Shown piece after piece: positions 19,088-28,576 of a stretch of DNA of 32,000 nucleotides. The notes below the pieces were generated by a model. It searched no databases, had not been told where the DNA came from, and worked only from the letters and a program-made list of their open reading frames with translations. Origin of the DNA: Paramicrosporidium saccamoebae KSL3 (lineage: Eukaryota; Fungi; Cryptomycota); the NCBI GenBank assembly GCA_002794465.1, contig MTSL01000143.1, positions 3,008 to 35,007 of the forward strand, read 5' to 3'. The position numbers and the translations under genes were made by a program. The stretch's first letter is position 1, and every line of letters begins with the position of its first letter.

Positions 19088-22000
19088 ATGGACAGCTTGA
19101 CGACGACGTCTGAAGTCGAAGATTTTATTGACGAGTCATTGTACTCGCGACAACTGTAGTTCTGGGGACTTTGTGGGTGAATTTGTAGATATGTACTCGG
19201 CCACGAGGCAATGCGCAAAATGATTCATTCAAATGTGCTAATTGTCGGGTTGAAGGGTCTGGGAGTTGAGATTGGTAATGCTTGTGTTGCTACTAATTGT
19301 AAGCCAAAAATATCATTCTGGCAGGTGTACGTTCAGTGACTATTTTTGATCCCGAAGCTACCGAGACGTTTGACCTGTCAGCCCAGTTCTACCTGACCCA
19401 GGAGGATGTTGGCCGTCGCCGCGATGAAGCTAGCCGGGCTAAGCTTGCCACGCTCAATGAATATGTCCCTGTATCGGTGCTGGACTGTCACGAGACAGTC
19501 TCTGGCCTTGATGCAGACACAATTTCTCGTTTTCAAGTTATTGTTCTTGTTGACCAGCCCCTCGCTGTGCAGTTGGCAATCAACGAGATAACTCATCCAC
19601 GGAACATTGCATTTATCGCCGCCGAAACCTTTGGTCTTTTTGGTGGAGTGTTTTGTGATTATGGCAGTGGATTTGTCATCTCTGACGCTACTGGAGAGCC
19701 TCCAGTTGTAGGAATGGTTAGTGGGATCAGCTGTGACTCTGAAGGCGTTGTGACTTGTATGGAGGAGGCTCGTCATGGGCTGGAAGACGGTGACTTTGTC
19801 ACGTTCCGCGAAATGAAGGGAATGACGGAACTCAATGGATGTCTTCCTCGTTCCGTCAAGGTGCTCGGTCCCTTTACCTTTTCCATTGGAGACACTTCCA
19901 CATTTGGATCACATCAGGTGGGGAGTGGCATCTTTGAACAGGTCAAGCAGCCAAAGATTGTCAACTTTCTTCCCCTCAGAGAATCTCTCAGTAAGCCCGA
20001 ATTTGTCGTGTCGGATTTTGCAAAAATGGATCGACAGGAGCAAATTTTAGTCGCCACCCAGGCCCTTAGCGTCTTTCGAAGCAAACGCGGTAGTTTGCCT
20101 CGCCCTCAAAATGCCGACGACGCCACGGAATTGATATCACTGGCTCGGGAAGTGGCGACCTCATCTTGTCTGGACATTAGCATTGATGAGGATCTGTTGA
20201 GAAAGATTTCATTTGGATCGCAAGGTTACCTTGCTCCAATGTGTGCATTCCTGGGAGGACTAGTGGCCCAGGAGGCACTGAAAGCTTGCAGCGCAAAATT
20301 CCACCCAATAGTCCAGCATTTCTACTTTGATGCGCTCGAGTGTCTCAGTGAAGACGTACAGCTTACTGAGAAGGATTGCGCTCCAACTGGCAGCCGCTAC
20401 GACGCACAGATAGCAGTGTTTGGGAAAAAGTATCAAGATCGACTTGCAAGTCTCAAAGGATTCATTGTTGGCGCTGGTGCTATTGGTTGTGAGCTCCTAA
20501 AGGTGTTTGCACTGATGGGAATTGGAAGCGGGCCTGAGGGATACATTGAAGTCACTGATATGGATACGATTGAAAAGAGCAATCTGAATCGGCAATTTCT
20601 CTTCAGACCAGGCGATGTCACCAAGGCAAAGTCACAGACTGCTGCAGACGCTGTTGTCGGAATCAATCCTGACATGAAGGGCAAATTCCGTGCTAGACTG
20701 GACCGTGTAGGAGTTGAAACTGAGGATATTTTCAATGACGACTTTTTCAAAAATCTCGATTTCGTCACCAATGCGCTTGACAACATGGAAGCAAGACGAT
20801 ATATGGACCGTCGTTGTGTCTTTTACCGCAAGCCCTTGTTAGAGAGCGGAACGCTGGGGACTAAGGGAAACACCCAAGTGGTGATGCCTCATCTGACTGA
20901 ATCCTATTCCTCCTCTCAAGATCCCCCTGAAAAGACGATTCCATTCTGCACTCTGCACAACTTTCCAAATGCCATTGAGCACACCATCCAATGGGCAATG
21001 GATCAGTTTCATGGTCTTTTCCGGGCTGATCCTGAAAGTTGTAATCAGTATCTGTCTCAACCGGAAGAGTTTGTGACATCTCTAATTCAACCTGGCCAAG
21101 GCCAGAAAGACCGACTTGAGCGTGTCCTACGCTGCCTTGTCGCAGACCGCCCATTGTCCTTTGAACAATGTGTCGCTTGGGCTCGGCTTCGTTTTGAAGA
21201 GTACTTTAATAATAGCATCAGACAGCTTTTGTTCAACTTTCCGACTGACGCCGTCACTTCCACTGGCGCACCATTCTGGAGTGGCCCTAAGCGTGCCCCA
21301 ACTGCGCTAGTCTTTGATGCTAATAATGAGCTTCATCTCAATTTTATCATATCTGCGGCTAATCTACGCGCCGAGAACTTTGGCCTGAATGGCAGTACCG
21401 ACGTTTCTGTAGTCCGGAAGGCACTGGAGAGCGTCGTGGTTCCCGATTTTACCCCTCGATCTGGGGTAAAGATTCAGGTCAATGAGAATGAGGCCGCTCC
21501 TTCAGAGAGCACTGATTCTGAGGCTGTGCAAGATCTGGTGCACGCACTTCCTGATACCGCCTCTCTGGTTGGATTTCGGTTGAGACCAATTGAGTTTGAA
21601 AAGGATGACGACACTAACTTTCATGTTGCATTTGTTGCTGCGACTGCCAATCTACGTGCGTCCAACTATGAGATTGCTAATGCGGACCGTCATCGTATCA
21701 AGCAGATTGCTGGAAAGATTATTCCGGCCATTGCCACTACGACTGCGGTTGTCGCTGGGTTGGTCTCATTGGAAATGTACAAGTTGGCTGGGGGCTGTAA
21801 GGATTTGGAAAAGTTCAAAAATGGCTTTGTCAACTTGGCCCTTCCCTTCTGTGCCTTCTCTGAGCCAATTGCGGCCCAGAGCACCAAATACGGTGACAAG
21901 TCATGGACACTCTGGGATCGCTTCGATGTCGAGGGAGACATGACTTTGGCCGAACTATTGGATTACTTTAAGACCCAGCATCAGATTGTCATCTCCATGC

Positions 22001-22209
22001 TGTCATATGGCTCCAGCATGTTGTTTGGATTCCTGCGCTCCAAAGAAATCTTGGAACAGCGGATGAAGATGAAAATCTCCGAGCTGGTAGAATGTGTTAG
22101 CAAAAAGCCTCTCCCCGCTCACACTGACCGGATGATCCTGGAAATGCTCGCTGAAGATTTGGAAGGCAATGATATTGATGTCCCCTATATTCTTCTTAAA
22201 TTCCGTTAG
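19088..22209 (+). CDS. UBA1: Ubiquitin-activating enzyme E1 (about 1019 aa), 3 exons
   Basis: Introns 19156-19188 (33 nt) and 19275-19303 (29 nt) restore [14 protein letters not shown] and [15 protein letters not shown]. Also [25 protein letters not shown], the catalytic IPFCTL and [11 protein letters not shown]. An alternative in-frame ATG lies at 19058. Confidence 0.97.
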
Positions 22210-22388
22210 TAATTACAAGCCGTTATAAAGACAATGAAGACGACGGATAAAGCGACTTTTTAGTAATAGTATGTCGCGTAGTGGAGATGATACCACAGAC
22301 TTTGTCATTATAACACAAATCTCGCATGGATCAAACTAAACAAAGCTAAACCAGACAATTACGGCTCTACATCGAATGGCCGGGGCAA

Positions 22389-23783
22389 ATGGCATCCTTG
22401 TTGCTGGGCGACTTGAATGACTATATTCAGCCTTCTGTTGCTTGTGTGAAACCAGGAAGCGAGTTGCCACCTGAGGAAGACTCTAGGAAGGGAAAGCCGG
22501 TGGAGATTAATCTCAACGACTGTCTTGCCTGCTCCGGTTGCATCACATCAGCAGAGACGGTGCTTGTCGCTGAGCAGACGCATCTTCAGCTTTATTCCGT
22601 TCTGGATGAAAACGAGCTGCTTCCTCAGAGTGAAAGACGGGTTGTTGTTGTTTCGCTCTGTCCTTCTACTGGTACAGCTCTTGCAAGACGCTTCAGGTTG
22701 TCGCCTGTTCAGGTTTATCGTAGACTGGTGCATTTTTTCCGGAATGTGCTCCAAGTGTCGCTAGTTTTGGACACGACATTTTTTGCAAACTTTGCCCTGA
22801 GAGAGGCGGCCAGTGAGTTCATAAATACATATCGAGAGAACAAGGATGGCACAATGCCCGTGCTATCTTCAGAGTGTCCTGGTTGGGTTTGTTACGCTGA
22901 AAAGAAGCAACCAAAGCTACTGCCGCAAATCTGTGCGGTCCGCAGCCCGCAGCAGATTGGCGGTGCATTAGTAAAGTCTTATTTCCTGGACCGACTTGAG
23001 GCAGATCGCTCGCTAGAGAGGAGGAACGTTTTCCATGCTGCGGTCATGTCTTGCTACGATAAAAAACTGGAGGCATCTCGAGAAGTTTTTGCCGACAAAG
23101 ATGGAACGAGAGATGTGGATTGTGTTCTGACAACTACGGAGCTATTGGCCATGATTGAAGACCGAGGTCAAGCGACTAATTTTGTCAACCTCCCCGAAGC
23201 GCTATTAGATGAGAATGATCCGTACAAAACGTGGGTCACCTCTAAGGACGGGAGTGTAAGAATGGTGGGCCACGCTGGCAGTAGTGCTGGTGGCTATCTG
23301 TTCTTTATCATGAGAGCCGCAGCGAAAGAACTGTTTGGCATTGATTTGGCAAGTAGTATAGACCTTGATCCCCGTATTACAATTTCTGTGAATCGAAATG
23401 CCGACTATACTGAATATGCTTTGACACGGGAAGACACCACTCTACTCCGATTCGCAGCCGTTTATGGATTCCGAAATATTCAGACGTTTGTACAGAAAAG
23501 CAAGACGAAGCGCATTAATTATCATTTTGTTGAGATCATGGCCTGTCCTGGCGCTTGTCTATTCGGTGGCGGACAGCCCAGTGATGACAAGACTGAGCAC
23601 CTCCGGGAGGAAATGGAAGCGATCCATGCCGATCGTACTGCAGGAGCCGACGCAAATACTACTATTAAAACGATTTACGAGTGGATTAATGAGGAACCAA
23701 CTAGACCAGCGCTCTTGGTAACCTCTTATCGCCCGTTGGAAGAGGTTGCCAAGAAAAAGCCTTTAATAAATGTTCAATGGTAA
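22389..23783 (+). CDS. NAR1: Cytosolic Fe-S cluster assembly factor Nar1/CIAO3 (Fe-hydrogenase-like)
   Basis: DLNDYIQPSVACVKP, DCLACSGCITSAE, SSECPGWVCYAEK, VMSCYDKKLEASR, DCVLTTTEL, EIMACPGAC. Confidence 0.94.
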   Translation: MASLLLGDLNDYIQPSVACVKPGSELPPEEDSRKGKPVEINLNDCLACSGCITSAETVLVAEQTHLQLYSVLDENELLPQSERRVVVVSLCPSTGTALARRFRLSPVQVYRRLVHFFRNVLQVSLVLDTTFFANFALREAASEFINTYRENKDGTMPVLSSECPGWVCYAEKKQPKLLPQICAVRSPQQIGGALVKSYFLDRLEADRSLERRNVFHAAVMSCYDKKLEASREVFADKDGTRDVDCVLTTTELLAMIEDRGQATNFVNLPEALLDENDPYKTWVTSKDGSVRMVGHAGSSAGGYLFFIMRAAAKELFGIDLASSIDLDPRITISVNRNADYTEYALTREDTTLLRFAAVYGFRNIQTFVQKSKTKRINYHFVEIMACPGACLFGGGQPSDDKTEHLREEMEAIHADRTAGADANTTIKTIYEWINEEPTRPALLVTSYRPLEEVAKKKPLINVQW

Positions 23784-23890
23784 AGCCAAAGCTCGGCCGG
23801 GGTAGGGGTATCATTAGACTCGTACTTTGACAGGCGTTATAAGCCCTCTCTTGTAGTGACGTTGTCTATTCTTTACAAACTTGTAATACA

Positions 23891-25711
23891 ATGAGTGGTG
23901 GTATTCCTCCTATGATACCAGTAGAGACGTCTTATCACTCACAGAAGAGTGGTGAAATGGACTCGGTAGAGGCGCCTCACCATCCACAGGAGAATGGTGG
24001 GGCTTCCCCTATAGACCCAGTAGAGGCGTCTCATTATCCAAAGGATCCTGACCCAAATACCACAAACCAAACACATCTCAGCCGTCCTCTTGTCCCCCGG
24101 ATGGGTGATGACCTGGAGCGTCGCAAGAATGAGATTGTGCAGGAAATGCTGCTTCGGATACGACCGTTCCTCGGACCAAACGGCCAACTGAAGGCCGATG
24201 CAAACTTTGACGAATATGCCAAGCTGATGTTTGGAGAGGTGCACTTTGTACAGCGAACACTATTGCTCACGGTTGTGATGAGTTCAACAGAGGCGCAGGT
24301 TTGGAAGGCGATTAGCGAGAGTCGGCATCTGGTAGAGGCGTTGGTGGAGTGGCTCACAGAATGTGCCAAGGATGATGGTCCGCTTCTGATTAAAATCTTG
24401 GAAGTACTTGGTCGGATGCCGTTGACGGTGGACCAGCTGGTGGAGCATCGTCTGGGCAAGGTTGTAAAGAAACTTGGTGGCTCAACCAAGCCCGAAATTC
24501 GAGAGAAAGCAACGTTATTGTGTGATTCGTGGACAAAATTGGCCAGACAGGAAGACTCGCGAAGGAAAAGTTGTAGTGATGCAGAACTTGTCAAGAAGGA
24601 CAAAATCGAAACATCCCGGCGCCCATCTACAGATGTTACCAGGCTGGCGGCGGTGTCAACAAAGGAGAGTGCCGTTGCCAACAAGTCATTGTTCAATGAG
24701 ACACCAGCCATCAAAACTAGAGCTGCGCAAATATTGGAACGAGCAGCAAGGGGAGGCGAGGCTTTGAAAATAAGCAGCCGACCATTGTCAGCGGACGACA
24801 TTCACAGGGAAAAGAAGAGACAACTGTATTTGCAAGAGGCAAATCTATCGCCGACTAGCACGGCCACAGCTGAAGAATCAGAGGAACCGGAGCGGAAACG
24901 GGTGAAAAAATCGGTCCACTTTGCCCCCGAAGATAGACTTGTTCAAGTTTACTACTTTGAACCACCAGATGACGATTATTATTATCACGTTGACGGCCAA
25001 TATCATCGTATAGATTTATTCAAAGATACTAATGATACCCTTATAGATGGTGATTTGCATGAAATGAATAGAAATGAGGGATCCTACGCATTTAAGCAGA
25101 TGGCGTTGGCCATGGAACCTGAATGCGATTGGAAGGCCCCACCAAAGCTCCACCTGTCTCCCGAGTTGATTGCCAGAGATGGGCCAAAGAGTTTAGAAAA
25201 GGACGCTCAAGAACTACGAGAAAAGACTGCCTTGTCGGCAGTCTACTTTAAGCCCGAAGATGTCCCACCGTCGCCCTCTGAAAACATGGTCGATGCAGGA
25301 GACATGACGCCAGGCCACCAAAGCAAAAAGATTCCCCTCAAAGATGTTGATGGTCGCGTCACATCAGTGATCCGGTTTGTAACAAAACCAGCCGGAGTAG
25401 AGCCATCGGGGACGGGTCCCGATATTCTCAAAACACTCTTGAAAGATCCCAGCGCTCTTCAAGATTTACTAAAGAATGTTCCGCCAACGACCAAATCCCC
25501 CAAGATGCCAGCATATCCTCCCCCTCCAATGTTCCTGCCCCCTCCCCTGATGGGGATGCCGCCACCCCCCTTTGGTATGCCACCGATGGCATTTCCGGGC
25601 CCGTTCCCCTTTGCTCCGCCTCAAAAGGCACCTTGTAAGTTTTACAAACGAGGCAAACCAAACAGCTGTCGACTTGGGACGTCTTGTCAATTCTATCATG
25701 CTGGGCATTAG
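23891..25711 (+). CDS. PNUTS/PPP1R10 (Ref2/Ppn1)-like PP1 regulatory subunit
   Basis: TFIIS N-terminal-like helical domain (LPLTVDQL..HRLGKVVKKL...W), RVxF-type PP1 docking motif KKSVHF followed by LVQVYYFE, the WKAP...QELRE..LSAVY....PPSP block, a Pro-rich tail and a C-terminal CCCH zinc finger. Confidence 0.8.
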   Translation: MSGGIPPMIPVETSYHSQKSGEMDSVEAPHHPQENGGASPIDPVEASHYPKDPDPNTTNQTHLSRPLVPRMGDDLERRKNEIVQEMLLRIRPFLGPNGQLKADANFDEYAKLMFGEVHFVQRTLLLTVVMSSTEAQVWKAISESRHLVEALVEWLTECAKDDGPLLIKILEVLGRMPLTVDQLVEHRLGKVVKKLGGSTKPEIREKATLLCDSWTKLARQEDSRRKSCSDAELVKKDKIETSRRPSTDVTRLAAVSTKESAVANKSLFNETPAIKTRAAQILERAARGGEALKISSRPLSADDIHREKKRQLYLQEANLSPTSTATAEESEEPERKRVKKSVHFAPEDRLVQVYYFEPPDDDYYYHVDGQYHRIDLFKDTNDTLIDGDLHEMNRNEGSYAFKQMALAMEPECDWKAPPKLHLSPELIARDGPKSLEKDAQELREKTALSAVYFKPEDVPPSPSENMVDAGDMTPGHQSKKIPLKDVDGRVTSVIRFVTKPAGVEPSGTGPDILKTLLKDPSALQDLLKNVPPTTKSPKMPAYPPPPMFLPPPLMGMPPPPFGMPPMAFPGPFPFAPPQKAPCKFYKRGKPNSCRLGTSCQFYHAGH

Positions 25712-25785
25712 TGTATCTTTTTATTTTTCCGTAACTTCGTAACAATGATTCTGTATGAGACGATCCACACTTGCGATAGTTCAGT

Positions 25786-25965
25786 TCTGTCAGAAATAAT
25801 CTATAACTAACAATTGGGCACATGATAATATATGCTTCCATGTTAAGCCTGTCTGAGATAATCTATAACAATTTGGTACACGATAATCTATCACGACTGT
25901 TACACGATAATCTATCACGACTGTTACACGATAATCTATCACGACTGTTACACGGTAATATATAA
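25786..25965 (+). repeat. 24-bp minisatellite with degenerate flanking units
   Basis: TACACGATAATCTATCACGACTGT three times perfectly (25877-25948) plus a partial copy. It is preceded by two related ~65-bp units containing ATAATCTATAAC..AATT.GG.ACA.GATAAT.TAT. Confidence 0.92.
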
Positions 25966-26044
25966 CTTTATGACAGTGTCACTTGAGGTAGTCTATAATT
26001 CTATGATGAAACAGTTCACATCCAGAGCCAAGATTGTGCATGGC

Positions 26045-26317
26045 TTAGAACTGTGCTAGTCCGCGACCTAGGGCCGTATTAATCCAGGACTCAAAGCCAA
26101 AGGTGTTCCAAAATTGAGGCTGGGACTGTTCCTGAGCCGAGGCCCAAACTATCCATGGCTCGAAGCCAAAGCTATTCCAGACTTGAGACTTGCGCCCTTC
26201 CTGGCTCGAGGCCGAAGCTATCCATGGCTCAAAGCCAAAACTTTTTCTAACTCGCAGCTGGGGTTCTGTACGACTCAAAACGGGAGCTATCCATGATTCA
26301 AAGCCAAAAGCATTCAT
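26045..26317 (-). CDS. Candidate 90-aa repeat protein, 4 x 23-aa units with FGFE[S/P]WI
   Basis: Uninterrupted ORF across the 69-bp tandem array. Substitutions in the conserved block are mostly synonymous in this frame. It could equally be a non-coding array. Confidence 0.35.
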   Translation of the reverse strand: MNAFGFESWIAPVLSRTEPQLRVRKSFGFEPWIASASSQEGRKSQVWNSFGFEPWIVWASAQEQSQPQFWNTFGFESWINTALGRGLAQF

Positions 26318-26327
26318 GACTCAAAGT
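26082..26327. repeat. 69-bp period tandem repeat (3 full units plus a partial fourth)
   Basis: ATCCA(T/G)G(G/A)(C/T)TC(A/G)AAGCCAAA starts at 26082, 26151, 26220 and 26289. Confidence 0.92.
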
Positions 26328-26479
26328 GCGAATCGTTTAGTGTCAGTGCAAACCACAGAGTTTACTCAAAGCGGCCTCCGCCAACCCCTGTAAGCCCCAT
26401 ATAATGAGCCCCGGCGTCCGGGGTAGTCGGATTCCTTCCGAGAGACCGACAGAGAATCTTTATTCCTCACAAATCTAGT

Positions 26480-27559
26480 ATGACTAAACCTGCCCCCGTT
26501 AAAGTAAGGATATCCCAAGTTGCATCTAACGTTCTCCAGTCTGACAAGAAAGCTGCTGCCGCCAAGGCCGAGCTGAAGAAGCTCGCCGCTCAGGCCCCCG
26601 CCTCCGTCGACAAGAAGAAGGCATCCAAGAAGGTAGTCTCATCCTCTGAGGAGGATAGTGAAATTGAGAGCTCTGAGGAGGAGAGTGAGGACGAGCCCGT
26701 TGCCAAGAAGGCTGCCTCTAAGAAGGTTGCCAAGAAGGCCGACACTTCCAGCGACGAAGAGTCGATGGTAGACTCTGATGGTTCTGACGAGATGGATTCT
26801 GATGATGTTGACTCTGATGCGGTCGATTCTGATGAGATGTCTGAGGAAGACTCTGCTTCAGAGGCCGAGGCACCCAAGGGCAAGAAGGCCTGGGCTGTCC
26901 CCAAGGACGACTCTGCATCTGAGGCATCCGAATCCGAGGCCAACTCTGAATCCGAGGCTGAGGAAGAGGACGAGGAGGAGGAGGAATCCGACTCTGATGA
27001 TGAGCCCGCCACCAAGAAGCGCAAGGATACCACTGCTGGTAACGATGCCAAGAAGCCCAAACACGATAACACTCTCTCCCAAGAATCTGCCACTCTCTTT
27101 GTAGCCGGACTTGCCTGGGCCTGTGACGGAGATATGCTTTCCGGCGAATTCAGCCATCTTGAGGGATTCCAAGCTGCTCGCGTAGTGAGCGACCGTGAGA
27201 CTGGCCGCTCCCGTGGTTTCGGTTACGCCGAGTTTGACTCTGCTGAGAATGCCCGTGCTGCTTTGGAGGAGATGAACCAGAAGGACATTGGTGGTCGTCA
27301 GATCCGCGTTGACTTTGCTGGTCCCCGCCCCGAGGGTGGAAACCGTGACGGAGGTAGCCGTGGCGGGTTCCGTGGAGGTTTCCGCGGAGGACGTGGTGGA
27401 GATCGTGGAGGTTTCCGCGGTGGTCGTGGAGGTGAGCGCGGTGGATTCCGTGGTGGACGCGGTGGAGATCGTGGAGGTTTCCGTGGCGGTCGTGGTGGAT
27501 TCCGCGGAGGACGTGGTGGAACTCAATTCCAAGGAAAGCGCACTACTTTTGACGATTAG
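26480..27559 (+). CDS. NSR1: Nucleolin/Nsr1-like nucleolar protein (acidic-Ser tract, one RRM, RGG tail)
   Basis: K/A-rich and SDE-rich N-terminus, RRM with LFVAGL and RGFGYAEF, GGRGGFRGG repeats, ending QGKRTTFDD. Probable in-frame intron 26504-26539 (GTAAGG..TCTAAC..TCCAG). Confidence 0.85.
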   Translation: MTKPAPVKVRISQVASNVLQSDKKAAAAKAELKKLAAQAPASVDKKKASKKVVSSSEEDSEIESSEEESEDEPVAKKAASKKVAKKADTSSDEESMVDSDGSDEMDSDDVDSDAVDSDEMSEEDSASEAEAPKGKKAWAVPKDDSASEASESEANSESEAEEEDEEEEESDSDDEPATKKRKDTTAGNDAKKPKHDNTLSQESATLFVAGLAWACDGDMLSGEFSHLEGFQAARVVSDRETGRSRGFGYAEFDSAENARAALEEMNQKDIGGRQIRVDFAGPRPEGGNRDGGSRGGFRGGFRGGRGGDRGGFRGGRGGERGGFRGGRGGDRGGFRGGRGGFRGGRGGTQFQGKRTTFDD

Positions 27560-27644
27560 TTTTCCTTTCAGTTAAAGTTTGACCATAGACTGCAGCATGT
27601 TCCTGATCTAAGAATACACCCATTTATATCGATTTATTGGTTCT

Positions 27645-28071
27645 TTAGGCGTGTTGCTGCTGGCAGGCTTTCATCATGTCCATATAGTCCTGGCAAGTTC
27701 CGACCTGATTGTTATTCTGGTCCATGCATTGCAGGAACAGCCTGGAATATTCTTGACACTGCGGCGCTACATCGCGCGGAGTATACGCAGGTGCAGCTTG
27801 CTCTACCGGCGCCGCCTCAGAGCCCCCGGAGAATAAGTCCATGGCCATACGACCGGCCACATGACCAACAGCGACACCTGCGGCAGTTGTTGCAATTTGG
27901 CTCAACAAGCCTTCGCGCTGTGGAACCTGCACCGGCGCTGCTGCCGCAGCTGGTGCAGCTGCAGTGTGATTTTGGCGGCGTGGCGCAGAGCTATCATCTT
28001 AGAGACCAGGTTGGAGCTTACGTAGAGACGGGCTTGGGTGCGGGGCGACTTGAGCGTGAATTGCGAGGCAT
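27645..28071 (-). CDS. MIX17: Mitochondrial twin CX9C protein Mix17/CHCHD2-10 family (131 aa), 2 exons
   Basis: Intron 27991-28021 (31 nt, GTAAGC...GATAG). Basic N-terminus MPRNSRSSRPAP, GLLSQIATTAAGVAVGH helix, and a CX9C-CX9C motif at the C-terminus. Confidence 0.88.
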
Positions 28072-28310
28072 TGTATTGTCGGGGATTTCGACCAGGGATG
28101 TTCAGAGTGTAGTCAGTCCATGAAAATCCGAGATCCATATCCCTATTCTGTTCATAATGTCCACATATTCTGTTAATGGGGCCCAAATATCCTGTCCATG
28201 GTCCATGGTAGGCTGACCGTCAATACTTTACCAATACATAAAACGACATAATATATTATTGGTATCCAGGCACGGCCACTAGTTGACGATCGTATCGAGT
28301 TTATTGGTAG

Positions 28311-28425
28311 CCTTGTTAAACAGTATCCGTTTATCCTTGGCGATCCCAAGCCAGATATATCTGCCATCTCACAATTCGGCATGTTAGTAGGGATAACGGC
28401 CTTTGAAGGCGTCTTTGACAAAGAA
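28311..28425 (-). repeat. Family A, copy 6 (inverted)
   Basis: The reverse complement reads GACGCCTTCAAAGGCCG...CCGAATTGTGAGATGGC..TATCTGG...GATAAACGGATACTGTTTAACAA. Confidence 0.7.
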
Positions 28426-28576
28426 ACAATCTCGCTCGCTAACAATATCCAATCAAAACATTTTTCCTATAAATCTAATCCGGTGCGCTGAGAGTAATCA
28501 TTTATAGACAGAGGATGTCGTTTTCCTCAAACTTTGACACGGTCTTTATCTTTGTCCATCTGCAAATACACCAGGG

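Noticed and set aside
22389-23783. Fe-only hydrogenase / anaerobic metabolism
   Set aside because: The motifs are those of the ubiquitous eukaryotic Nar1/CIAO3 Fe-S assembly factor, not a catalytic hydrogenase.
26082-26327. CRISPR-like look: constant ~20-nt repeat with ~49-nt variable spacers
   Set aside because: The spacers are homologous to each other (units 1 and 2 clearly), the core is not palindromic, there are no cas genes, and the context is eukaryotic.
27350-27520. GGWGGWCGYGGWGGWTTCCGY-type tandem repeats
   Set aside because: They simply encode the RGG/GAR tail of the Nsr1-like protein.
28173-28445. 90-aa minus-strand ORF between MIX17 and ATE1
   Set aside because: It coincides with family A copy 6 and has no protein-family signal; best explained as a chance frame in repeat DNA.
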